From Chlorokybus atmophyticus (taxonomy: Eukaryota > Plantae > Mesostigma and Chlorokybus algae): a stretch of DNA of 64,000 bases. Under the pieces are notes generated by a model that saw nothing but the letters and a program-made list of their open reading frames with translations, searched no databases and was not told the origin of the DNA. Of this stretch, positions 34,918-46,951 are shown one piece after another. Made by a program: the position numbers and the translations under genes. How positions within the stretch are numbered: the stretch's first letter is position 1; each line of letters opens with the position of its first letter. The DNA lies in contig RHPI01000026.1 of the NCBI GenBank assembly GCA_009103225.1, positions 951,745-1,015,744 on the forward strand, read 5' to 3'.

Positions 34918-37085
34918 TCACGAGCGCGGCTGTGACTCGTCGGAGGAGGAGGAGGGTGATGATGATGAAGAGGTGAAGGGTTTGAGCATCTTCTTTCTGA
35001 ACGCGATCTCGATCGCGGCGGCGCAGAATCCCAGTATGAGCACCGAGTACCCCGCCGACAGCGCCGCCGCGCCCAACGCCGCGCCGTCGCCGGGGGACAA
35101 CATCTGCGCCACGTCAAGCTGCCCGAAACCTGTGTGCACACAAGCGCGCGCAGTTGAGTGTGTGCGTCAGTAGATGAGTTGGTAAAGGATCACGCAGTTG
35201 ACACATGCACACGGCGCGCGGCACCCCGATGGTCTTGTATGTAGCGCGCAGGTGAGTGCGATGTGTTGCATGTTCTATGTGCACATGTGTCTCTCATTTT
35301 ATGAACATCACACGTACATGCGCACATACACGCGCATGCGCGCGCGCACCCACTCCCCCACTCCCCCACCCTCACCTCTCGCTAGTCCGAACGCCGCGAC
35401 GGCTCCGCTCTTGAGCTGCACGTTCCCCGTGTCCCCCCTCACGACGTAGCGGTACGTCACGCCAAACAGTCCGCACGTTGCCACCAGCAGCGCCAGACTC
35501 AGCGCCGCGCTCGCGGGGCTGAAGGAAGGGTCGGCGCCGCCTGCGAGGACGGAGAGGCCGCCGGTCGCCAGCACAGGAAGGGCCATCACCGTGCCTGTGT
35601 GTGTGATCGTGATGTCAATGGTTGCGTTGTGAGCGCACGCACGCACCGACCGTACTCGCGTGCACACAAGCACACTCGCGCATGCAAATGCGCGTGCATA
35701 TGTACACATGTGCGTATACTTGCACAACGTGTGTGCACTTGACAAACGTATGCACAAACACGGTCACAAGTCACGCGCCACGCGCTCACACCTGCGATGG
35801 CCGAGTACGCCCCCGCTTTGACGGACTCGATCCTCTCCTCTCCGCGACCGGCGCCGATGGCTTCCAGGCGACGGAGCTCCGAGGCGCGCGAGGACACCTC
35901 GGCTTGGGCGGAAGCCAACTGCAAGTGAGATTGTGGAGTGGGGATGTTGAATGACTTGGGTGTCGTGCTGCAGGTGTGAGTGCATGGGAATTGGCGTATA
36001 CTGTGACGCTTGACGTCGCGTGTGCACATGCATGCGTACGAGTTGAACACACATTCGTTGAAAGAAACACGCACGCACGCACGCACGCATGTCACCACAC
36101 CACTTGATACCACCCAACACCCGCCCTCTTACTTGCACCGCTGCTTGTTGCAGTCTTCTGTCCGCCTGCAGCGCGGCGTTGAGGCTCACGCCGGAAGCCA
36201 CTTCAGACTCGTCGCCACCGCTGCGACGCGCGAGGTCCGCCTCGGCTGCCTGAGAAAGGGGTTGCGCAGGAGTTGTGACAATATTGCATATGGTGCGTGT
36301 GTGCGTGCGTGCGTGCGTGCGCCCACGAGTATGCGAGTGCATGCGCACGCGCGCGTGAATGTGCGTGTGTCAGCATGTGTTATGGCTTGAACAATGGGGT
36401 GTCCAACTGGTACGTGCATATGCGTTGCCAAAAGAGTGTGTGCATATGCGGGCATTCTCATGCATGCAATGCACGAGAAAGCGACCACCACCATCGTGTA
36501 TTGGTGGCAAGCATGTCATGCGTGTACTTGTCGCATAACAACACGAGACCCCTTGTGGCGCACGGCTCCCTGTTCTTCTGTTTCCTTTTCCCCATTGCCA
36601 TGGCCGTTGCTCCCACCGGGAAAGCAAGAAGCCAGGACACTGGAGTAATGAAACTAAAACAACTCAACATTGATAACAACTACATGCAAGCAGCTGACAT
36701 CGTGTCTGTCTACTCTAAGCTTCACAAACCCTCCCATGCACGTCGTTCTCACCTCAATGGCCTGCAGGTCCGCCCGCGCCTTGGCCACGCGTAGCGCCGC
36801 GGCCGTGACGCCAGCCAGGGCCTCGCGAGCCTCCTGGGAATCGAGAGCAGCGGCGAAGGCGCCCTCCACGTCCACGTCATTGTCATGGGGGGCGGCGCCC
36901 TCACCGCCGCCGCCGCTGGCTGAGACACGGACAGGCGTGCTCCTCTTTCTACTCCGCACGGACAATGAGAGGTTCTGAGGGACAGGCCTCGGCCTGCTCA
37001 CCCTGCTTCCAGCATGCAACCTCGCCTCGCACCCGCTCGTCCTCGAGCTCACCACCGCCGCCGTCGCCGTCGCCGTCGTTGCCAT
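34918..37085 (-). CDS. Conserved plastid-targeted membrane protein (plant/cyanobacterial DUF-type; resembles the Arabidopsis At4g24090 family, name from memory)
   Basis: Transit-peptide-like N-terminus, coiled-coil region, EERIESVKAG..SAIAG, CGLFGVTYRYVVRGD.GNVQLKSGAVAAFGLARG, several hydrophobic helices. Confidence 0.75.
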
Positions 37086-37556
37086 GGCTGCGCTCGTTGC
37101 CCGGGCTACAAGGCAAGGCATGACATAAGACACTTGTCTTGGGTATAAGACTGATCTTGCACAACGAGTTATGTAGTCACACACGAAAGTGATTAATGGC
37201 GCAATCACGTGAGATTCAGGTCTAATTGGCAGCCACGTAGATAAAGGTGTCGTCAGCTGGGCGGCTGCAGCGGCGGCGGCGGCGGTGTTGCTGGCGAGGG
37301 AGTTTGGCAGGGGGTGTGGAAGCTTTGGAGCATGCCGCATACGTCTGAAAGAGAGCTGGACTCTACCCAACCCTCTCTGAATCAACATGCCACTGACCAG
37401 TAGTAGTAGCGGTAGTAGTAGTTGTAGTAGTCGAAGTAGTAGTAGTAGTAGTAGTAGTGACTCTCTTTAGCAGAGAGCGTGTGTGCACCTGCTTGACTAA
37501 AGACACACACATTGACACTGCCATACACACCCTCCCTCCCTCCCTCCCTCCCAGTC

Positions 37557-39682
37557 ATGCCTACCGAGGCCACTCCTGCGTTCGAGGTGGGCGGCGCTCC
37601 CACCAAGCAGTTTCTGTCTCCGGAGTACGTCCTGCACGAGATCGGACACCTCAACGCGCACAGGGTCTGGAGCCTGTCCGTGCCGAAAATCATAGTGAGT
37701 GGGAAGAGTGTCGAGCTTCACGACTCGCATGCGCACATACATCAACACAAGTGTACGCATGCATATTCAGATACGTACACACAGTGACTCATGCACGCAT
37801 ACACGCAGCGCAGTTGCATACACGGCTCTCAGCACTCTCAGCAACAGATACGAACATGCACAAGTATGAGCACCTGCACAAACATGAGCATTTGGTCTCA
37901 CAGGTGCGTGCTGTCATGGCTGGCGCTTTCATCACTCTGGGCGCCCTTTTTGCTGTGCTTCTGTCCACGGGGGTGACCGCGCCGGGGCCGATGAGACTCA
38001 TGGAAGGACTGGTAAGTACTACACCACACTGATAATAGCTGCATCGGCATCAATTCAAGTTGTGGGAACACACGCGCGCATGTGCGTGTGTTTGCGTTTA
38101 TGGGCGCATGTGAGTGTTCGTGCATGCGATTGTGCGTGTACGCATGCACGCCCGTGCCTGCGCGCACATGCGCGCGTGCGCATGTGTGCGTAAACGCGCG
38201 TGCGAGTGCATGTGTGTGCGTGCGTGTGCGTGTGCGCGTGCGCATGCGCGTGTGCGTGTGCGTGTGTGCGTAACTGCCATCACTTGCACTCATCGTTGTG
38301 TGATCACTCTGCAGGGTTTTTCCGCCGGTTACTTCTTCGTGTTCCTGTCGCACTCCCTTCTCTTCACCGAAGCCAATGTACGTACCGCTGCATTGACAGT
38401 GATGCATAAGGGCATGAGTGAGTGGTTCATAATGCAATCACTGGGAAACGAGATCAGAGCATGACCATGTGTTGACAGCACTCATCCGCTGTCACGCACA
38501 AGTGATGATACTCATGGATCAGGGTGTGTGCATTGATGTACGTGTGTGCATGTCTACTTAAGTGTGCACGCAAGTGTGCTTTCGTGCCTGCGCTTGTTGA
38601 CATCTATGAGTGTGTGTGGGTGGGTGCGAGCACTTGCACGCGTTGGCACTCTCATATACACGTAAATGCGAACGCACGCACTTGCACGCACACACATATA
38701 TACATGCACACACACGTGCACATACAGGTGGTCATGCCGACAGCCTTCATAGTTAGCCAGGACAAGCGGCGGATATATTGGCGTGTTTTGGTCTTCTGGA
38801 CGCTGGCCTTCGCAGGCAACTTCCTCGGCTGCTTCGTCATGGGACTCGCCGTACACGCAAGCCAGTTCTACCCAGAAGACGTGCGTGTGTGGTAAATTGA
38901 TACATATATGATCGTACGAACCAAAAGGACACTCTATGCGTGCAGGTGTATAGTACTTTGCAGGAGATAGTCGGTTTGAAGATGCAGTACATGGCTGTGG
39001 GCGGTGTTGGCTCGTGGTTCCGCATCGTGTTGTCGGGGCTTTTCGCCAACTGGTTGATAGGTGAGTTAGGTTTGCACATTGGCTTAGTAGCACTAGCGTG
39101 CAGGAATGTTTGTTTCTGCAGTTGTGCTGACTTATGATGTTGCTGAATGACAGGCATGGCAGCGCTATTTGCCGTCATGGGTAGGACAATCATAGGTGAG
39201 CTCGCAATAGACATGCTTTTTGGCTACGAGGACACACATATAGAGATATGCATGTGCATGTGCACACGTGAACATGCGGGCATATACCCTCACGCGAGCA
39301 TCCACGCTTACACACACATGCACACCTACGTGCATACAGACGAGCGCGCACATGCACATACACGTACGCACACTCTTCAAAGTGCCGTCTGTCTCCCTTT
39401 CTTTTTTCTGAACCTCACACCTCCCCAGGCATGTTTGTTCCCGTGTGGCTCGCCGTGACCGCCTTCACCGCCGCCAATTTCCAGCACTGTCCCGCCAACA
39501 TGGGGTTCTTCGGTCTGGCGATGCCGATGGGGGTGGGACCCGGTTGGGGCCACGCCATCGTGTGGAACATGATACCCGCCGCCATAGGGAACATCATCGG
39601 GGGGACGTTCCTCGTCACGCTGCCGCTGTGGTACTCGCTCGCGGTGCACCCGGACCAGGTCAACATGGAAACCATCATCTAG
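37557..39682 (+). CDS. Formate/nitrite transporter (FNT) family channel, 7 or more exons
   Basis: RAVMAGAFITLGA, GFSAGYFFVFLSHSLLFTEAN, FAGNFLGC, VLSGLFANWLI, FTAANFQHCPANMGFF, WNMIPAAIGNIIGG. The ATG follows a pyrimidine tract and AG, so an upstream exon is possible. Confidence 0.88.
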
Positions 39683-40391
39683 GGGGTTGTCTTTTGATGG
39701 CCACAAGAAGATGACCACATGAAAGGAGGCAAGGAGGCGTCTCGCTTTGCTCCTTTCCGTTGTTGTTGGGGGTGTATGAGAGAAATTAGTGGTTATCTTG
39801 AGAGTATCTTGAGAGTAGATGGGCTCTGTCCATTCTTGACTCTGATGTGTAGATGCACAATTGGATGGGTGGCCAATTTCTGTTGCACGATAGTGGACAC
39901 GACAGTGCACCCAGGAGGAAAGTCGGGTTGTGTGATTCTTGAAAACAATTGTCAGCGAGGGATGGAAATGCAACAGCAATGTTGATATTGCTGAGCTACG
40001 AACAAGCCATCTGAGGTATTGTCGTGCCAAGTAGTAGTGTGGCTGCGGGGATATCCACGCATTAGAAAAGCACGCAGATGTGACATGGATCACTTAGCAG
40101 GTAACAAGATGTTGCCAGTTGTGATGCATCAAAGCGCACAAGCGCTGCACACAAGTTGCAGCCCATTGAGTGAAGTCACACCTTACATATAAGTATCCAA
40201 TCTGCTTAGCTGGAGCACTGCAGGCACCCTACATACCACTAGTCCTCCAGCATATTGGTAACTGAACATAAAGGTCAGCCCCACATCAGCACAGTCTTCG
40301 CAACTCGCTGCTGACAGGTCTGTATTTGACAAGCTATCTACATGCTACATACTGCTTGGAATGGTGTTGCACAACAGCAATCATTTAATCC

Positions 40392-43300
40392 TCACTTAAG
40401 CATTGACTCAATGAGCGCGCTGTGCCGCTCCGCTATGATGCTCCGCTTCATTTTAAGCGTGGGCGTGAGCGTGCCACTGTCAATGGAGAACGCTTCATCT
40501 ATGATCCTGAACCCGCCGAACCTCTCTTTGGTCGTGCGCTTGATGACCGCACCCAACTTGGACTCGAGCTCCGCTTTTATCAACTGATGCAACTTGTCAG
40601 TTTCGACATCTTCACCAACTTGAGACCTAATCTCATCCTTGTCTGGAACGATGAGTGCTCCGAGCCTGCGCTTGTCCTGGCCCACAATCATGATCTGTTT
40701 GATGAAAGGGGAGGCCAGCGCGGCCTCCTCCAGCGGGACCGGCTCGACGTTCTCGCCGTTGCTCAGCACGATTGTGTCCTTCTGCCGGCCCGCCAGCACG
40801 AGCATGCCGCCGGCGTGTCTTGCGGCCAACGGAAGGGCGGAGGTGGGAGTCAACCAGCCTAGATCGCCCGTGTCAAACCAGCCGTCGGTGTCGATCACGC
40901 GCGCTGTTGCAGCGTCGTCGTGATAGTAACCGCGCATGATCTGAACAGAGGTCAGCGTGTCATGTGAAGTCCTGTACATGTATGTGTGTTGATGCATGAT
41001 CAGTGTACCTGAGGGCCGCGTGCCTGTACAACCCCTTGTGAGCCGGCCGGCAAAGGGGTGCGCATTTCCGCATCAATCACCCGTATCTGCGTGCCTGGAA
41101 TTGGCGGGCCGACTGTGCCTGCCACATTGCACTCATCCCGCCTCACAGCCAGCACGGGTGAAGTCTCCGTAAGACCATACCTGTTGTTGCCACAAGTGAG
41201 ACAACATGACTGGTGAAGAACAACATGAGGGGTGGCACGCAGACATGTGTGTACAAGTTCATGTGCGTGTGCGTGCGTGCGCGTGTGCAAGTTTACCCGT
41301 TAAGGAGTGTGATGCCAACAGTGCTGAAGAAATCATCAACATGGCGAGGTAAGCTCCCGCCGCCACATATGGCTCGCTTGCGAATGCCGAGAGCTGAGCG
41401 TATCTTGCTGTACACGAGCTTGTCGCCGATAGCGTGGACGGGCCAGAGCAACAGCGCAAGCATGCAAGCGCCCACAAACCGCAGGTTTTCGAGTACAGCT
41501 GGCGGTGCCTCCTCTTGCAAGCTGCGCCGTAGTGCCGGTAATGACAGCCCCTGTGCTGCGCGCTTGCACTGCACAAATATCGCGCTCACCGCAAAGAATA
41601 GAGCCGCTATGCGTTGACGCACCTTCGAGGCCGTGGCCAACCTCTTCTGCACGTTACTGCACCAAATAACAACATGTGTCGGTTGCAAGCGTGCAGCAAG
41701 CAGCAGTTGCTATGCGGCACATGTTTGAAACAACATTGCGCTTACTTGTAGAGTGTTTCAAAGACGAGTGGCACTGCGACAAAGTAATCAGGTGGGTGTG
41801 CAGCCAGGTCCTGCTTGAAGTTGAGCACGGAGGTATATACAAGGCGCATGCCTCGAGAGGCAACAAAGAGCTCGCAGGAGCGTTCGTACATGTGCCACGA
41901 GGGCAGCAAGCACAGCAGCGCGTCCCCCGAGTTGGGGTTGATGGCAACCCTGTAGGCTGAAACTTGGTGCATAAGATTGGCTTGCGTCAATGCCACACCC
42001 TTGGGATATCCGGATGTGCCACTGGTGTACGCAATGGTTGCCACATCACGAGGGTGTCCCTTGGGTAGTTGCGCATCTGACACAAACAAGTCAAACGCTC
42101 AATCACTTGTGTCATAGCTAACTGCCACAGCAGCCAACCTGCAGATGCTATGACACGGTTCAACAAACTACTTCTGTTCAAGCAATGCAACACAAGTGTG
42201 CTTGCACGCTTACAGATTCATGCATCTTGGAGGAGCGATCAGCAAGCAAAGCAAGCTGGATAACCATAATGCAGCAAGTCTAGCACACCGAGCGAAATTG
42301 ACTATCTCGACGACTTACTGGGACTGTTGGCTATGGCTGCAGCCCCCGCTTCAAGAAGCTCCTCAAATGACATAACTGGAAATCTTGGCTGACATACACG
42401 AAACAAATAGTTGAAGGCAGGCTCTCAACCGGGGNNNNNNNNNNNNNNNNNNNNNNNNNNNNNNNNNNNNNNNNNNNNNNNNNNNNNNNNNNNNNNNNNN
42501 GGGGGGGGAAGGGAGTGTAGCTTAGATGCTGTGGCACTGCTGCCCTTTGTCTCTCCCAAACCAAGTACCTAACGAATGTCGGTGACACACTCTAAGAATG
42601 CACGACTGCTGCATGCTTCCATTCACCATGCTGCTGTAAATCGTGACGAGACACAAGGTCACCTGATGGCCTGATGTGACTTGCTTCTACTCTCAATTGA
42701 ACTAGCACTGCTGTTGTGTAACATTTTGCACTTCCGTGACGCAGCTACAATAGTCAAACAAAACACAAGCACAACACAAACACAACTACTGGTGGACTCT
42801 ACCAACGGACACCACCGCCGGGATGCCGTCCATGTGAAAATGCCAATGTCGCTTGTGACAGGAGAATGATGTGACTGCTATAGATATACCGACAAGAACG
42901 CGCTAGCTAGGTCCGTGCGAGATGATCATCACCGAAACGTGAAACAAATGTCACATCGCATGCCAACGTGTATGCTGCAATATGCGTTACGAATCCCACA
43001 ACTTGATGGCCGTGCGTGCTGAGCGCACCTGGGTGTCGGGCTTGTCGCCCCACAGAAGCACTGCAAACTTCACAGCAGTGGTGCTATCCAACTTTGAAGT
43101 CACCTTTTCAAGAGCTGTTGCATCCTCCGCCACCAGGGCAGTGCTGGCAAATCACACAAGTTGGCCAAGTTGTTGCAATTTGCTCACCAGCTAGCTCTAG
43201 GTGATAATCAGTCATGCTCACCACTCTGCCTTTCCAAAGAGGTATGCAAGCTCGTCTGCCGGGACTTTTGACCCTCGCACGGCGTCAATGGCACCACAAG

Positions 43301-44152
43301 CCATGATTCCTACGACACCGAACAAAACAACAATGTGTCAGCATCATGAATTGTCACTTGAGGTGTCACACAGAGGCATAAACTGACCCTGATCAGCAAT
43401 GAGCCACCGATGGGAGTTTTCCGAAAAGAGAGCAATAGTGTCTCCCCGCTGAATGCCGTTCGCGCGCAGTCCCCATGCAAATTTGCGCATGCATTCCCAC
43501 AACTCTGCGTAGGTGAGCTGCTTGCCCCCTCTATGCGGGTCGTACGTCGCCACCAGACTGCCGAACCGCTTGGCGCAAGTCTCAAACACCTCCGGTATGG
43601 TCGTCCATTCCACCTCAGTAGACTCGTTGCTGGAGACAACCCCGGTGTCATCCTCCTCAGTGGGCGCGCCGCTCACATGCAGGGGGTACTGGCCATCCGT
43701 CTTCTCGTGTGTGCCGTGCAGCTCACGTTGTATGCTTGCAGAGGATGATGGCGACTCGTGAGCTGACCGCTCCTGCGTGTGGATTACAAACAGAGTGTGC
43801 TAGAGGACAGCAAGCAACGAATAGCGTGTCTAGCTGCTCGTGCGTAGTGTTACACATGGCTGAAGCAGTCTGAGAGTATGTAAACCGTGAACTAAGATGT
43901 TACCGCAATGCAAGACGTAGGTAGGCGCTGGTGTCTACTGCGTCGCCGCCGGCTCTGACTACGCTGCGCTCCAGCATCCAGTAAGATCGGGCTTGAGCAA
44001 TTAGGCAAGGAGGAAGAGGAGGCAGATGACGGGACAGCAGCAGGCCGCGCTCTCTGCCGCACGCCATCAACCCGACTGACCACCTCGCATTGAGGCCTGA
44101 ACAACAACCTGGAACTCGCGACTATGCCGGCAGCGGCGGCGGCGGCAGCCAT
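40392..44152 (-). CDS. AAE15: Plastid long-chain acyl-ACP/CoA synthetase (AAE15/AAE16-like)
   Basis: W.TIPEVFE, LFSENSHRWLIADQG, IAYTSGTSGYPKGVALTQANLMHQV, LLPSWHMYER, GGGSLP.HVDDFF, GYGLTETSPV, GWFDTGDLG, GRQKDTIVLSNGENVEP, LTPTLKMKR. Contains an assembly gap. Confidence 0.92.
42435..42500. other. Assembly gap (N run) flanked by G tracts, inside an AAE intron
   Basis: gggg-N-gggggggg. Confidence 0.95.
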
Positions 44153-44833
44153 GGCTGCAACCTACTAAGCAGACAAGCAAGCCCAGAGGTGGCACCACTA
44201 CTACTGGGCAACTCAATCTATCCGCAACATCATCCAATCCCTCCTCACACAAGTCAACAGCAACCAACAGGCAACAGCGCCGCCAACCCGCTCTCCTCTG
44301 CAGGCGCACGCCGCCCCGCACTGCGTTGAACCACGTCGCCGCCCACACCCAAGAGGAGGGAAGACGGCACACAGCACTGAAACGTGATTACAATTGTTCA
44401 CACACATTTGTCAATAGACACCCTTTTCTCAATTGGAGAATTTGGCGGTTTTCTCTCCAAACAATATAACGCTTATATGGTTTGACATTGTAATGCACTG
44501 TGGGACAGTGCGAATGCATACTGAGACCAAGTTGCAATGCTCTGTTTAGTTGGGGTTTATCCCTTTGCCTTTTGGTGGACTTGTTGAAAAACCTTTGTTA
44601 TTCTTGCTGACTTTTCCTTTTTTCGCCCCTTGAAGGGCATTCCGTGTTTTCCGTAGGCTTTGTCAGAGATCGACGTCGAGGTATCTTGTGCTTATCGCTT
44701 CGCATCCGTGACGCCGGAGCGGCCGCAGCCGTCGGATCCGTTATGGGTCTGACACTTATCCAGTCGCGTGCTGGGCGCATGTATGCGCCGACCATTGACA
44801 GCTTGACTGAGTCAGCGGTCGGCTGATGTGCAA

Positions 44834-44842
44834 TTAGGGTTT
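44834..44842 (-). promoter_or_regulatory. Telo-box upstream of RPB8
   Basis: TTAGGGTTT about 65 bp upstream of the RPB8 ATG. Confidence 0.55.
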
Positions 44843-44907
44843 GCTGAGAAAGTTGCCGTTGTGCTTGCCGCCGCTGGCGGCGGCGGCGGCGGCGGCGGGA
44901 CGGTGAC

Positions 44908-45933
44908 ATGGCGTCCGGCCAGGTCGGCAAGGTCGTGCTGTTTGAGGACATATTTGATGTCCTGGATAAGGATCCTGACGGCAAGAAGTTTGACCGCGGT
45001 GGGTAGCAGCTATGCTAGCACTGCCTCGCACAATATGCATGTGTCTTCAGTTTTGCATGCATGCTTGCTGCGACAAGCTGGCAATTGGCATGCATTCACC
45101 ATTCATTACAGTGGTTGCAATGTGGTGTATGCACGAGAGATGCGTCAGCAATACACATCTCAGCAGTATAATGGCAACGCAGTCGTGTTGTGTGTAACGC
45201 TGGTGCATTGTGCACTGTTTGTCTCCAGTCTCCAGAGTGCGATGCCGCAGCGACTACTACGAGATGGAGTGCCTGCTAGACATAAATATTGACATCTACC
45301 CTGTAGAGGTGAGTGCAAGTAGCATGTTGTCAAGCATGCAATCTGCGTGTCAGCCAGCATGCAGCTAGCTTAACACTGGCATGTATGCGTGTAAATCTTG
45401 TTAGGTTGGTGAAAAGTTGGCTCTTGCGCTGGCAAGCACTCTTGACTTGAATGCCACGCCTGATGAAGGCACGTTTGACCAGGTACACGACCAGCACGTG
45501 CAATGATGTGTGTACTTCAGTTGCCTATTCTATAGCTATTGCTTCATGTAAACAAGCTGACACTAGCTTGCTCTGGATACGCTCTTGCTTGCGACTGCTT
45601 GTTGTCTACTCATATAAAAGCTTTGTTATGAAGTCTGGCAATCCTTCCCTTGCGGACAAGTACGAGTACGTGATGTATGGAAAGCTTTACAAGTACGCCG
45701 ATGACTCATCTGGAGGCCAGCCCAAAGTGTGAGTGCTTGCAGTCAAATTGTGGTATTCACAATATGGCATTTCAACGCACACATCCTTGTTGAAATGACT
45801 GTTGTTTGTCCACCACAGAGAGGTATACATGTCATTCGGCGGGTTGTTGATGATGCTAAAGGGCGATCCACGTAACCTGCAGAACCTTGACTTGGACCAA
45901 AGGTTGTACTTATTGTTACGTAAGATTGCGTGA
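44908..45933 (+). CDS. RPB8: RNA polymerase I/II/III common subunit RPB8 (RPABC3), 5 exons
   Basis: LFEDIFDV...DPDGKKFDR|[65 protein letters not shown]. Confidence 0.97.
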
Positions 45934-46911
45934 TGATGCATGTGTTGTTGAGTAGTCTGGCAGTAGTCCTGTAGTTGCTGAAGGTTTCAATAAGTATGCA
46001 GTTGCTGCATGTAGCATATGGTTTGCTCGCATGGCTCCCTGTCATTACCACACGAGGCTGCTTGTGGCTAATCATACATCATGCTGAGCACAATGCAGCG
46101 TCGACATTGTGTGCACGAGCACACACTGCACTGAGGTACTCTTGCTTGTTCTGGATGCTTTTGCGGCGACCAATCAGCACGCGTTTCTTTGCTGTCTGGT
46201 TTCCACGCACTTGCACGCATCTTCTTTTTGTAAGCACTCTAACCGGTCTCATGGTTGTGCATACAGCGCTCCGTACCCACAGGTGGCTCATTACGCACCA
46301 CTGCTTTGCCTGCCCTGCCCCGCCCTGCTCACCCGCCTTCACCCTCCCCCTTGCACGCACTTAGCTACGGCACGTAGCTATTCCTGCCCCTGCCTTGATT
46401 CTATTGCCCGCTTGCTGTTGTGCGTGTGTAGAGAGTGTGAGTGTGAAGTGTTTGAGTGTGCTTCCGCGGTACTGGATAGCTCATACAGCACAACTTATTG
46501 CGTCACCCGCTCAGCGCACAATTATACATTGTGCTTCGCTTTTGTGTCGCGTACGCATTGCCAACATGTTGTCAAGTGCAACCTTAGGCACGGCATGGCA
46601 GCACAATGAAGCAAAGCACACCCCACTGCTGTGACCATTGTCAAAAGCAGGACCAGATAAAAACATATGAGCACAACACTTCACACATTCTCATGCATGC
46701 CACAATTCTTGCATACTATATACAGTCCAGTTAGTGAAGGGTCTGTAATCGCGAGTTTGGGAGAAACCATGCCTTGTGTTTATTGTGGGTAGGTAAAGGG
46801 AGGTGCAAGCGCATTAGGAGGAGCATGCGGCGGCGACCAGGCCGTAGGCTGCGGCCTGGTTAGCATGTAGAGCGGCTCGGGAGCGGCTTTGGGGGCTATT
46901 GATTGGTTGGG

Positions 46912-46920
46912 TTAGGGTTT
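46912..46920 (-). promoter_or_regulatory. Telo-box upstream of the DUO3-like gene
   Basis: TTAGGGTTT about 30 bp upstream of the ATG at 46952. Confidence 0.5.
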
Positions 46921-46951
46921 CCTTGCTGCCCCTGGCCGGCAGGAGCATAGC

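Noticed and set aside
46079-46360. Possible hidden minus-strand gene between RPB8 and DUO3 (CKCVETRQQRNAC vaguely COX17-like)
   Set aside because: Immediately followed by a stop, no second Cys pair, no convincing splice model.
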